Source: Bacteroidia bacterium
Lineage (GTDB): Bacteria; Bacteroidota; Bacteroidia; UBA4408
Assembly: GCA_044370375.1 (NCBI GenBank)
Contig: JBILVQ010000003.1
Location: 1 to 41,070, forward strand
DNA length: 41,070 nt
Direction: 5' to 3'
Shown here: positions 1-9,264 of the stretch, one piece after another
How positions within the stretch are numbered: position 1 is the stretch's first letter
Layout of the letters: each line of letters begins with the position of its first letter
Program-made: the position numbers and the translations under genes
The notes under the pieces: generated by a model
Database searches by the model: none
Told to the model about the DNA's origin: nothing
The model's input: only the letters and a program-made list of their open reading frames with translations

Positions 1-1
1 C

Positions 2-721
2 CCTGCTCTTAATTGGGGCACAACTTATGCCATTACGGTAAGGATCTTTTACGGAGGGAATTGGGGCATCAATGGCGACACATGTACCATCAGCACAGTC
101 CCTAATCCTGAAATCTTTGGTGTGCCCTTAACCTCCCTCCGTTCTCAGGATTGTAATCGTACCAATCTTCAACTAACATCGAGTGTGGTGGCCTTACCGG
201 TTGCCGGGGCCAATCAATATGAATTTGAATTCAGGGATGTAAACAATTTATCGGTTGTTTATTGTAGCAGGATCCAGACCAGCACAACTTTAAGCTTTAC
301 AAATCTAAATCCCAGCCTTCAAAACACAACCCAATACTCAATAAGGGTAAGGGCTTCTATTGCCGGCACATCGGGGCAGTTCGGAAATGTTTGCACTATT
401 GGATTCCTTGGAGCAAACAGAATTGCTGACGAGGAATCTCTTGAGCCAAATATTGAAACGAAAATACAAAGTGAAGAAATAATTTCCTCGGTTCAAGTTT
501 TTCCTAACCCATTTACCAATGAATTGCAACTATCGCTGGAAAACAATTCTCAGGACTATTTTTATTCGGTAATTGATATTGCAGGAAAGCAAATTGTAGC
601 TGAAACCAAGCTCACAGGAAAATCTATTCAGTTAAACAATGAAATGGATGCTGGGATTTACTGGTTAAGGTTAAGAAACCAAAAGGGAAACATTAGCAAT
701 TGTAGAATTATTAAGCAATAA
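2..721 (+). CDS. 5'-truncated T9SS type-A sorting-domain protein with FN3/Ig-like repeats
   Basis: The frame is open from base 2 (PALNWGTTYAITVRIFYGGNWGINGDTCTI...), so the GTG at 122 is not the real start. The unit 'L...T.Y.I.VR....G..G..G..CTI' occurs twice. The C-terminus has VFPNPF...IDIAGK...GIYWLRL...IIKQ. Confidence 0.85.
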   Translation, partial: PALNWGTTYAITVRIFYGGNWGINGDTCTISTVPNPEIFGVPLTSLRSQDCNRTNLQLTSSVVALPVAGANQYEFEFRDVNNLSVVYCSRIQTSTTLSFTNLNPSLQNTTQYSIRVRASIAGTSGQFGNVCTIGFLGANRIADEESLEPNIETKIQSEEIISSVQVFPNPFTNELQLSLENNSQDYFYSVIDIAGKQIVAETKLTGKSIQLNNEMDAGIYWLRLRNQKGNISNCRIIKQ

Positions 722-823
722 TTGAAGGCAGCATCAGTTTCTATCCAGTAAAACTGAATGGACTTACGCTTTGATCTCTCTTTTAAAATATAGTAAGAGC
801 AAGAAAATGTTCGATTCAATAAA

Positions 824-858
824 AACAAAAAAGGCAGTCAATGACTGCCTTTTTTGTT
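824..858. terminator. Bidirectional intrinsic terminator between convergent genes
   Basis: Perfect inverted repeat AACAAAAAAGGCAGTCA-A-TGACTGCCTTTTTTGTT, giving a T-tract on both strands. Confidence 0.9.
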
Positions 859-874
859 GAAATAAAAATCGCTT

Positions 875-3745
875 TTATTGTTTTACAATTCTTTGACTCC
901 ATTCTCCATTGGTGCTTCTCAAACGAACTGAATAAACACCTTTTGAAACGGATTCTGTATTCAATTGAACCGTAGAACCATTATTCAAATTACTAAAAGA
1001 TTGATTCAATACAACTCTTCCGGCAACATCAACCATTTCAATACTCAATGCATCACCTGCAACATCCCCAAGATTTATGTTAAGATTTCCTTCTGTAGGG
1101 TTAGGGAAAACAGATGGCATGTTGGTCAAAGCAGTACCTTGAATCCCGGTTACAAAATCAACAAAAATTGGTGTGCGTGAGGATGTACACTCACGGCTTT
1201 CTTCTTGTACTTCCCAATCATAAAAATAATAATACCAAGAACCGCCTTGATCTGAACTGGTAATACTTACAAGGCCATTTACCTCGTATGGGTAAGATAC
1301 ACCGGTTGAACTTCTGCGCAACCAAGGGTTGTTAGTTCCAAACAATAGTTGATTCTGTGCAGTGTTGGTGCCAATGGAATAACCCGTTCCGGCAGGAAGG
1401 TTAAAATTCAAATTGATTCTGCTTGTATCAGCAGGAATAAAAATATTTAATGAAGCAACAACAGTGTTACCTGAATTTCTCACCTCAATAATTCTTTCAC
1501 CTGCAGAGTCGGTATAAACTTTTACAGATTTCAATACCATTGGTTGCAGAACATCAAATTCCAGATTAGCGCTGGTTGTATTACCACTGTACTTAGACCC
1601 GGAATGGTCTGTTTGTCCGGTATATGAAATTACACCAGGGTAAAGAGCAACATCTTCAACATAATAGGTTGTAGGAGATGAAATTACGGGTGTGGTAAAA
1701 CTTGTTCCGGTTCCTAAAGCTGTTCCGCCGGTTGGAACATCATACCAAGAAAGATTATTTCCATTTGCAGTTAAAGTAACTGATTGTGGAGTGTTTATAG
1801 AAGTTCCATTTCCATTGGGTGCCGGTGAAGCAAGCATACTCACCACAACCGGGCTTGATGTATAGGCCTGACAGGTTCCTTGAATAGTTACTGTGTAGGT
1901 TCCTCCTTGGGTAACAGAGATGGTTTGGGTTGTCTCACCGGTTGACCATGCATAACCACCCTGGGCTACAGAAGAGGTTAGCACTACTGACGAACCTTCA
2001 CAAAAAGTTAAATCTGCCGGAGTCGCAACGATTGGTGTTTCGTCAGGATTACTGGTAACGATTACAGTTGTTGAAATCCCGGTGCAACCATTGGCATCGG
2101 TAACAATAACATTATAAGAACCTGTGGTAGATACGGTGATACTTTGTGTAGTTTCACCGGTACTCCATTCATAGGAAGAAAAGCCATTGGCCGCGTTAAG
2201 TGTAGCGGATTGTCCGGGACAAAGAACCGGAGCTCCGGTTAACAAATTTCCTGAAACTGAACATTGGTTTTCAATTACATGAACAAATTGATCAGCCGCC
2301 AATTGTCCGAAAGTAGTAGTAATCCCTGAAGGCCATGTAATCAAAACAGAATCAACTACAGCATTGGTTCCAAGTCCGAAATGCAACTGAGAAGAATAAT
2401 TGTTTCCATAACTTTCACCGGCACGAACCTCTCTGATTTGAACACCCCAAGGTCCATAAATATGAGCACGTGCCCCTATTGCGCCTTTATTGCTGATGGT
2501 TCCTTCTAAATTAAAGGTAATAAAATGGTTATCGTTACCATCATTTAGGTACAAAACATCATCAATGTTGGTGGGGGATACATAAACATCACCGTAGCTG
2601 GCATAAACATCAATAAACCCATCATGATTTACATCACCAACGGCATAAGAATTCATTCCGTTATTGGCAAACAAACCGGCAACATTACCAAAGGTACCAT
2701 CGCCATTGTTTTTGAAATACTTCCACTCAGAACCCGACATTAAAATGTCAACGAATCCATCATTATCAAAGTCTTCAAAAACAGATTGCATAATGCTTCC
2801 GCTGGAATAATTAATCATACTAGAAGAAGTAACCTCCGTGTACATTCCATTTCCGTCATTCTCGAACAACTGACACTGGTGGTCATGGTTGGTCAAAAAC
2901 ATATCAAAATCACCATCATTGTCGTAATCACCAAAACTAGCCGACCAGGTTTGCCATCCGATGTTCATGTTGTAGGCAGCAGCGTCTTCTGTGTAATTGT
3001 TGTTACCATCATTAACATAAAGTTGATTAATCCTTCTTAAATCAGCAGGATTGGTGGAAGACTGGCGACATTTTGCAATAAACAAATCCATATCGCCATC
3101 ATTGTCAAAGTCAGTCCATACACTACCATAATTTCCTGAATCGTTGGGATCATTGGTTCCAGTCCAGTTTCCGGGATTAGGATTAAAATCAACCAAATTC
3201 GAAATAGCAATGTTTCCTGCCCCATCATTCAAAAACAGCTTTGAGTAATTGTTATCATCACATCCGAAAACATCTTCCCAACCATCATTATTGATATCCA
3301 CGATGGTGATATTCTGCCAGAAAAAATTACCACCAGGGATGGCTGTAACTGTTCCAACAGGGTTGCTTCCATTGTCAGAAACCATACACAACCTTCCTGA
3401 ACTTCCTCCACCGATAATGATATCCTTCCATCCGTTATGATCTAAATCGGCAACAGCCATACCCCATGCACTTCCAACACCGGTTGCACCTAAAAAATGG
3501 TTCGTAAAACCACCGGTTCTATTCTGAAGTTCAATGTTCATTTGGGTTCCGCCATCCAATCGAAGAATGTCGTCTAACCCGTCTGCGTTCATGTCAATTA
3601 CGGCAACAACATTACCACTGTGAAAGGCAGAAGTACTTAATTGCGAATTAGCATTATTAAAACTTAATTGCGCCTGAGCCTGAAAAGTGCCGAGGGCGAA
3701 AATAGCTGCCCCGAGGAGCGGCAGGAAAACAGTAAAAGTTTTCAT
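875..3745 (-). CDS. Secreted FG-GAP/VCBS beta-propeller + ASPIC/UnbV (CRTAC1-like) + Ig-like domains + T9SS type-A CTD
   Basis: Signal peptide ending AQA. Seven Dx[DN]x[DN]G motifs (DMNADG, DLDHNG, DINNDG, DFDNDG, DYDNDG, DFDNDG, DVNHDG). ASPIC/UnbV signature SNKGAIGAR...QIREVRAGESY...LHFGLG...ITWPSG. Two WSTGETTQ Ig-like repeats. CTD VFPNP...DVAGRVV...KGVYSVRL...IVKQ. Confidence 0.9.
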   Translation of the reverse strand: MKTFTVFLPLLGAAIFALGTFQAQAQLSFNNANSQLSTSAFHSGNVVAVIDMNADGLDDILRLDGGTQMNIELQNRTGGFTNHFLGATGVGSAWGMAVADLDHNGWKDIIIGGGSSGRLCMVSDNGSNPVGTVTAIPGGNFFWQNITIVDINNDGWEDVFGCDDNNYSKLFLNDGAGNIAISNLVDFNPNPGNWTGTNDPNDSGNYGSVWTDFDNDGDMDLFIAKCRQSSTNPADLRRINQLYVNDGNNNYTEDAAAYNMNIGWQTWSASFGDYDNDGDFDMFLTNHDHQCQLFENDGNGMYTEVTSSSMINYSSGSIMQSVFEDFDNDGFVDILMSGSEWKYFKNNGDGTFGNVAGLFANNGMNSYAVGDVNHDGFIDVYASYGDVYVSPTNIDDVLYLNDGNDNHFITFNLEGTISNKGAIGARAHIYGPWGVQIREVRAGESYGNNYSSQLHFGLGTNAVVDSVLITWPSGITTTFGQLAADQFVHVIENQCSVSGNLLTGAPVLCPGQSATLNAANGFSSYEWSTGETTQSITVSTTGSYNVIVTDANGCTGISTTVIVTSNPDETPIVATPADLTFCEGSSVVLTSSVAQGGYAWSTGETTQTISVTQGGTYTVTIQGTCQAYTSSPVVVSMLASPAPNGNGTSINTPQSVTLTANGNNLSWYDVPTGGTALGTGTSFTTPVISSPTTYYVEDVALYPGVISYTGQTDHSGSKYSGNTTSANLEFDVLQPMVLKSVKVYTDSAGERIIEVRNSGNTVVASLNIFIPADTSRINLNFNLPAGTGYSIGTNTAQNQLLFGTNNPWLRRSSTGVSYPYEVNGLVSITSSDQGGSWYYYFYDWEVQEESRECTSSRTPIFVDFVTGIQGTALTNMPSVFPNPTEGNLNINLGDVAGDALSIEMVDVAGRVVLNQSFSNLNNGSTVQLNTESVSKGVYSVRLRSTNGEWSQRIVKQ

Positions 3746-3797
3746 GGATGTGGTTGGTAATTTTTGGTTGATTTGATATGACGAAAATACGAAAAAA

Positions 3798-5744
3798 CTA
3801 GCTTCGATAGAGTTTTCGGTAAATATTTCCGCGATTGGTGTAGATTTTCAAAAAATAATAACCCGGTGCTTCAGGTAGTACCAATTCAAAAAGGGCTTGA
3901 TTTCCGTTTAACCTGCTGTTTATCTGTCTTTTACCATCCGAAGAAAAAACTTCAAAATGACTCACCAAGGTTCCGGAAGGTGCCTTCACCAGCACCCTGC
4001 CATCTCTAGAAGGTACCGGACCAATGGTCCACTCCGCTCTATCCTGCAATTTTTTTCCTGTAATCAGTTGAAGATTGACCAAACTATCAGAAGCCACCAA
4101 AACCGGAGTACGGTCGGAATTCTGATACATGGTTCTGAAAGTATCAATTTGCGGGGTATTCAATGTAAACATTTCGGCCAACCACTTTGGAGGAACCGAT
4201 TGATAGTACACTTTTGTTCGAACTTTTAAATTTCCAGATAACCCAGCCACAGGAATGTGATAATGAATGTAGTCTGTTCCGGTTCCTTCAACAATCCCGG
4301 TTTGATTGAAGTCTGGATCAAACAAAGCATCATCCGAAATTTTCACCGTATCGTAAATGGAGGTAGAAGTAACAAAACCTACCGGTGGAATCCTGTTATC
4401 TTTCAAAATTACCGCAGCTCTTTCAAGCAATGAAGTAAACTGATTATTTACATCACCCGGGCTCATCTCATAAATTTGGGAAACATTACTTTGGTTTATC
4501 ATTGGATGATGTGGTTCGAAATTAGCGTTCTCTCCACTTACCCTGAATTCATTATTGAAAATACCTGATTTAAAAACAGTATCATTCTGACCATCTAACA
4601 CCACGAACTGAACAACTGCACGCCTTGCAGGATAGCCGGAGGGGAATTTATGGCCTGCCTTGTTCAGAATTTTCACCCTGAAATAGGCTGTATCAGCATT
4701 GATACTATCCACCAATAAGTCCAAATCAATTGACCTGTTTTGAAGCATATCATAAGAGGCAATCAAAGTAGTATCGAAGCGGAAGTCAGGAATATTGATG
4801 CCCAATGAATTTTTATTCTGTTTTATCAAATTAAGCATAAAGGTGTTGGCACCTGCAAAAGAATGTTGATTAAAGGGTGAACGGGCCGGCAAGCCGATGA
4901 TGCCGTTTGCAATCACGATAGGATCAGCCAAACGAGCCATGTGGCAGTTCTGACAAGTAATTCCAAGGGCAGGAAAGTCAGAATTTTTATACTCATGAAA
5001 AGTTGCCTGTTCAACAAATTCCTGTCCGGTAAAATTACCCGCCAAATCAACTGTTTCGGTAATAAGCGTATGACAACCTGCACAAGTTGCCGACTCTTTT
5101 ATGTGCTGACTAAACATTGGGGTGTAACCTTCATACAATTGCATGGGGCCTGTAAAGGGACTAACAAAGGGTCCATAAATAACCTGTGTGGTATCGAAGT
5201 TCAAATTCCCGGAAAAACTTTGCCCTGCACCATTGGGTGATAATGAATGACAAGTTGCACAGGAAACTCCATCCTCACCCAAGGTGTCTCCAATCAAATC
5301 ATTCAACCCATAATGCGGTGTTCCTCTAAATAAAGCAGTGTATTTTCCCATGGGTGCGTGGCAAGAAACACATTTATCTTGCAAGGCAACGGCATGTGAA
5401 GGATTAACCGTAATCTCCTGTGAAACTTTTGCCCTCCAAAGCGGATCCTTAGCACTCAAACCCATCATGCTTGTTTGCCAACGGGTGTATAAATTCACAT
5501 CCTCTCCTGCCTCATTGATATTAGTGGTGTTCATGCTATCCGGACCATGGCAACCTCCGCAGCGAAATGAATTTAAAAAATAATCATCGGGGCCCAGTGG
5601 CATCATGGCTGCCTTTCGTAAATAGGGAATGGAATCCGGATGATGATAATAGGCAATTTCCGGCTGGCCCTGAGGAATTAAAAACGACATCAATCCTGCA
5701 GCAGTGCAGAGCAGGAAAAATATCAACCATTTACTTCTGATCAT
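3798..5744 (-). CDS. Pentahaem c-type cytochrome with N-terminal signal peptide and T9SS type-A-like C-terminal domain
   Basis: CXXCH motifs: CGGCH (5547-5561), CVSCH (5358-5372), CATCH (5247-5261), CAGCH (5070-5084), CQNCH (4941-4955). Downstream NKAGHKFPSG motif. Hydrophobic N-terminus. Tail TIGPVPSRDG...EVFSSDGK...PGYYFLKI...RKLYRS. ATG at 5744 preferred over TTG at 5747. Confidence 0.88.
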   Translation of the reverse strand: MIRSKWLIFFLLCTAAGLMSFLIPQGQPEIAYYHHPDSIPYLRKAAMMPLGPDDYFLNSFRCGGCHGPDSMNTTNINEAGEDVNLYTRWQTSMMGLSAKDPLWRAKVSQEITVNPSHAVALQDKCVSCHAPMGKYTALFRGTPHYGLNDLIGDTLGEDGVSCATCHSLSPNGAGQSFSGNLNFDTTQVIYGPFVSPFTGPMQLYEGYTPMFSQHIKESATCAGCHTLITETVDLAGNFTGQEFVEQATFHEYKNSDFPALGITCQNCHMARLADPIVIANGIIGLPARSPFNQHSFAGANTFMLNLIKQNKNSLGINIPDFRFDTTLIASYDMLQNRSIDLDLLVDSINADTAYFRVKILNKAGHKFPSGYPARRAVVQFVVLDGQNDTVFKSGIFNNEFRVSGENANFEPHHPMINQSNVSQIYEMSPGDVNNQFTSLLERAAVILKDNRIPPVGFVTSTSIYDTVKISDDALFDPDFNQTGIVEGTGTDYIHYHIPVAGLSGNLKVRTKVYYQSVPPKWLAEMFTLNTPQIDTFRTMYQNSDRTPVLVASDSLVNLQLITGKKLQDRAEWTIGPVPSRDGRVLVKAPSGTLVSHFEVFSSDGKRQINSRLNGNQALFELVLPEAPGYYFLKIYTNRGNIYRKLYRS

Positions 5745-5863
5745 CAATTTAAGGATTTGGTTTTGTGGTTATTTTTTTGAAAAAGAATCGCAATGAAAAA
5801 TCGTAAGAATTCCGGCATTGAATTCCGTGGAGCTCATATTGACCTTTCATTTCCAGATTCATT

Positions 5864-8800
5864 TTATTGTTTTACAAGTCTGCTTTGTTGAACAAGTCCA
5901 TCCTCGGTAACCCAGGATAGGAAATATACACCTGATGGAATGTCGGATAAGGAAACAGAAATAACTTGGCTTTGTTCAATAGGATGGGCGGTCCAAACCA
6001 CCTGGCCAAAAATATTGCTAATATAAATTTGAGCAATTTTTTGAACTTGATCATTGATGGCAATCCGCGCGAAATCAACCACAGGATTTGGATAAACAGA
6101 AACAGCAGCCACCGAAGAAAAACCAAGCCCGGTAACTACCGGCTCTGTTGTAAAAGAACTTACCAAACTCCAAGGGGTATAAAAGCTGCCATCAAAAGCC
6201 CTCACCCGCCAAAAATAGGTAGTATCATAGTTGAGGCCATTAACGGTAAAGGAATTGGTGGCTGAAGAACCTATTGTTGGAGCAGAAAAAGTTCCGTCAA
6301 AGTCATAGGCTATTTGATAACTTACCGCAGAAGGCACATTGGCCCATTGAAAGCTAAGATTCACGCTTATGCCGGTTGCCAAATCAGCAGGAAAAAACAA
6401 TTGAGGTGAAACAAAAAGCGGATTGGCCTCGGTTGAAAAAGACCGGGTTTGACTCCAAGGTGAATAAACAACCCCATCTCCTGCCCTTACTCTCCAGTAG
6501 TAAGTAGTATTGTACTGCAAAGCAGAAATATTTTCAGTATTATTTACCGTTGTAATGGCGTTAGAACCTGCGAAAAATGGATCGGTATCATACTGGTATT
6601 CAAAAATGTTGGCACCGGGGTATGTATTCCAAACCAAGTTTAAACTAATAGGTAAATTGGCTGATAAATCAGCAGGGCTTACTAGAAAGGGAGCAATTGA
6701 AAATGGATTGGACAATGTACTAAATGTGTAAACCAAACTCCATGGAGAAAAATTGCTTCCATCAAAAGCTCGAACCCTCCAGTAATATTGTGTAGAATAG
6801 TCTAGGGAAGAAACACTCAAGCCTGCATTGGTAACGGTACTGGTAAATGGATTTGTGAAAATGTTGCTAGAATCGATAGCAAACTCATAGGAAACAGCGC
6901 CTGAAACTGAACCCCAGGAGAAATTCACAGACAGGGGCAAGCCAACAGATAAATCGGCAGGGCTCATCAAAACAGGAGGCGTATTAAAACTTCCGGCAAT
7001 GGTAGAAAATGTAAAGGTGGTAGACCATGGTGAAAAACCAGCTCCGTTATTGGCCCTTACGCGCCAAAAATAAATCGTGCTGTTTTGTAACCCACTCACT
7101 GCAGCCGTTAAACTTGATGTAGTACCGAAAATAGCATTTACAAACTGGTTGTTCTCAGCAACCTGCCATTGATAAGTAAGTGCACCTGCAACACTTCCCC
7201 AATCAAGGGTAATGGCAGTAGGTAAATTGGTTGATAAATCGGCCGGGCTGTTTAGAACCGGCCCTGTAGTTAATTGAAAACTGGTTGTGAAAGACCATAT
7301 AGGAGACCAGGCAGATGTGTCCAAGGAATGTATGGCACGTACTTTCCAATAATAAGTTTCTCCATAAGCCAAACCTGATACCGATTGCTGCGATGAACCT
7401 GAACCTATCAAAAAACATTGGGAGCTTCCGAATTGAAGGTCATCATCCAAACACATTTCATAAGAAGAAATTCCGGCCAATGGCGACCAATCAATGAGCG
7501 GATTAACAGACACAGCGGTAGCGCTGTTAGCTGGGCTTACCTGTGTCAATTGGTCTACAATGGTCATTGACCAAGGCTGACTCCACTCCATCGTATCAAC
7601 GGAGTGTCTTGCACGGGCTCTCCAATAATAAACCTGCCCAAATAAACAGTTGACAAGATTTACCTGCGAGGCTGAAACTGAACCTTGTTGTAAATTAGGG
7701 GAATTAAAACCTGGTGAAGTATCCGCTTGGTAATCGTAAAAAGAAAATCCAGAGGTTGCACTCCAATCAATTAAGGCATTGGGTGCCTGAAAATTACTTC
7801 CATTGGCCGGACCTACCAAAGTTAAATTGGGCATGGTAGAAAAATTCCAAACAGCCGACCATTGTGTAGTATCCGTCAAATTCAAACCTCTTACCCTCCA
7901 GTAATAAACCGTATCATAAAACAATATTATCAAATTAACTTGTGATGCCGAAACCAAACCTGTAACCACATTAGGACTATTGAAATCAGTTGTTAAATCA
8001 GCCTCATACTCATAATAAGTTAATCCGGTGGTTGCAGACCAATCAACCAACTGATCTGCCACTTGATTTGTTGCACCTATGGCAGGACTTACGAGCGTTA
8101 TTTGATCAAGGGTTGTAAAATTCCAGGCCGCGCTCCAAGAAGAAGTGTCGGCTCCGTGGCGAAGTCTGACCCTCCAAAAATATTGCGTACCAAACAACAG
8201 GTTGGCCGCATTCACCTGAGAGGATGTAACACTTCCGTAAAATAAGTTGGGCGAATTAAATTGCGAACTCGTGTCATACTCATAATCGTAAAAGGTCAGG
8301 CCTGAAGTTGCAGACCAATCTAACAACACATTACAAACCTGATTAATACTCGCGGTTGTTGGAGAAACCAATGAAACTCCGTTCAACGTAGAAAAAGATA
8401 ACACGGAGGTCCATTGCGTAGTATCTGCTGCGTGCATACCCCTCAAACGCCAATAATAGGTTTCATTGAAATTTAATGCTGATAAATTCACCTGTGAGGC
8501 AGCTACAGAACCAGTCTGAAAAAGAGCCGAGTTAAAACTCGAACTAGTATCCGCCTGATATTCGTAATAGTCTATTCCTGATATGGCCAACCAATCTAAC
8601 AAGGCATCAACCGGCTGTTGAATTGCTCCGTTGGCTGGACTAACAATGGTAATATTATTAAGGGTAGTGAACTGCCAAATAGCAGACCAGGCAGAAGAAT
8701 CTGTGGCACTCATGGCACGCACTTTCCAATAATAAATTGTACCAAACAATAAATTGGAGGTCGCATAACTACTAGCAGTCGGCAGGACGGTTTGCGTGCC

Positions 8801-8998
8801 GTTCACAAGCAAAGGGTCCGTTCCATAAACCAATTCATAATAGGTTTGTCCTGTTGAAGCGCCCCAATCAATCAGCACATTGGCGGGTCTATTGGTCAAC
8901 ATATTGGATGGTGCAACCTGAGAGGGAACAGGCAAGACAGCAAAAGAAACCCTGGCCCAAAATGTGAGGAAGAAAACCAAAAGTAACTTTATTCTCAT
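5864..8998 (-). CDS. Secreted protein of ten tandem fibronectin type III-like repeats + T9SS type-A CTD
   Basis: Signal peptide ending SFA. Ten ~92-95 aa repeats with SP....W...Y...L...T.Y[YF]W[RK]VR...WS..[WF].F[ST]T. CTD VYPNP...NIFGQVV...SGVYFL...RLVKQ. Confidence 0.88.
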   Translation of the reverse strand: MRIKLLLVFFLTFWARVSFAVLPVPSQVAPSNMLTNRPANVLIDWGASTGQTYYELVYGTDPLLVNGTQTVLPTASSYATSNLLFGTIYYWKVRAMSATDSSAWSAIWQFTTLNNITIVSPANGAIQQPVDALLDWLAISGIDYYEYQADTSSSFNSALFQTGSVAASQVNLSALNFNETYYWRLRGMHAADTTQWTSVLSFSTLNGVSLVSPTTASINQVCNVLLDWSATSGLTFYDYEYDTSSQFNSPNLFYGSVTSSQVNAANLLFGTQYFWRVRLRHGADTSSWSAAWNFTTLDQITLVSPAIGATNQVADQLVDWSATTGLTYYEYEADLTTDFNSPNVVTGLVSASQVNLIILFYDTVYYWRVRGLNLTDTTQWSAVWNFSTMPNLTLVGPANGSNFQAPNALIDWSATSGFSFYDYQADTSPGFNSPNLQQGSVSASQVNLVNCLFGQVYYWRARARHSVDTMEWSQPWSMTIVDQLTQVSPANSATAVSVNPLIDWSPLAGISSYEMCLDDDLQFGSSQCFLIGSGSSQQSVSGLAYGETYYWKVRAIHSLDTSAWSPIWSFTTSFQLTTGPVLNSPADLSTNLPTAITLDWGSVAGALTYQWQVAENNQFVNAIFGTTSSLTAAVSGLQNSTIYFWRVRANNGAGFSPWSTTFTFSTIAGSFNTPPVLMSPADLSVGLPLSVNFSWGSVSGAVSYEFAIDSSNIFTNPFTSTVTNAGLSVSSLDYSTQYYWRVRAFDGSNFSPWSLVYTFSTLSNPFSIAPFLVSPADLSANLPISLNLVWNTYPGANIFEYQYDTDPFFAGSNAITTVNNTENISALQYNTTYYWRVRAGDGVVYSPWSQTRSFSTEANPLFVSPQLFFPADLATGISVNLSFQWANVPSAVSYQIAYDFDGTFSAPTIGSSATNSFTVNGLNYDTTYFWRVRAFDGSFYTPWSLVSSFTTEPVVTGLGFSSVAAVSVYPNPVVDFARIAINDQVQKIAQIYISNIFGQVVWTAHPIEQSQVISVSLSDIPSGVYFLSWVTEDGLVQQSRLVKQ

Positions 8999-9264
8999 GA
9001 ATCAAAATTTAGTAGGATAAAGGTAAAAGAAATTTCTCTGATTCTGCGAAAACTTCCACCTATCAAAGTTGCCTTCCAGAAAGAACTTTTTTGGCTCTAT
9101 GGCACTCTCATCCCTAATTTCTTTTACCGGCCAAAGGACCACCGGATTTCAACAATTATTTTTCGAACGGTTGAAAATTTTTCAGAATGCACATTACTAG
9201 AATCCACAGAATACTTAATTTTACACTGTTATATTTTAAGATTTATTTTTTTATTCATCATTTT

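Noticed and set aside
6135-8940. Trp/Tyr-rich repeats as a conductive aromatic nanowire, or DNA repeats as a CRISPR/DGR
   Set aside because: The aromatics match normal FN3 core positions. The repeats are diverged at DNA level, and no spacers, cas genes or reverse transcriptase are present.
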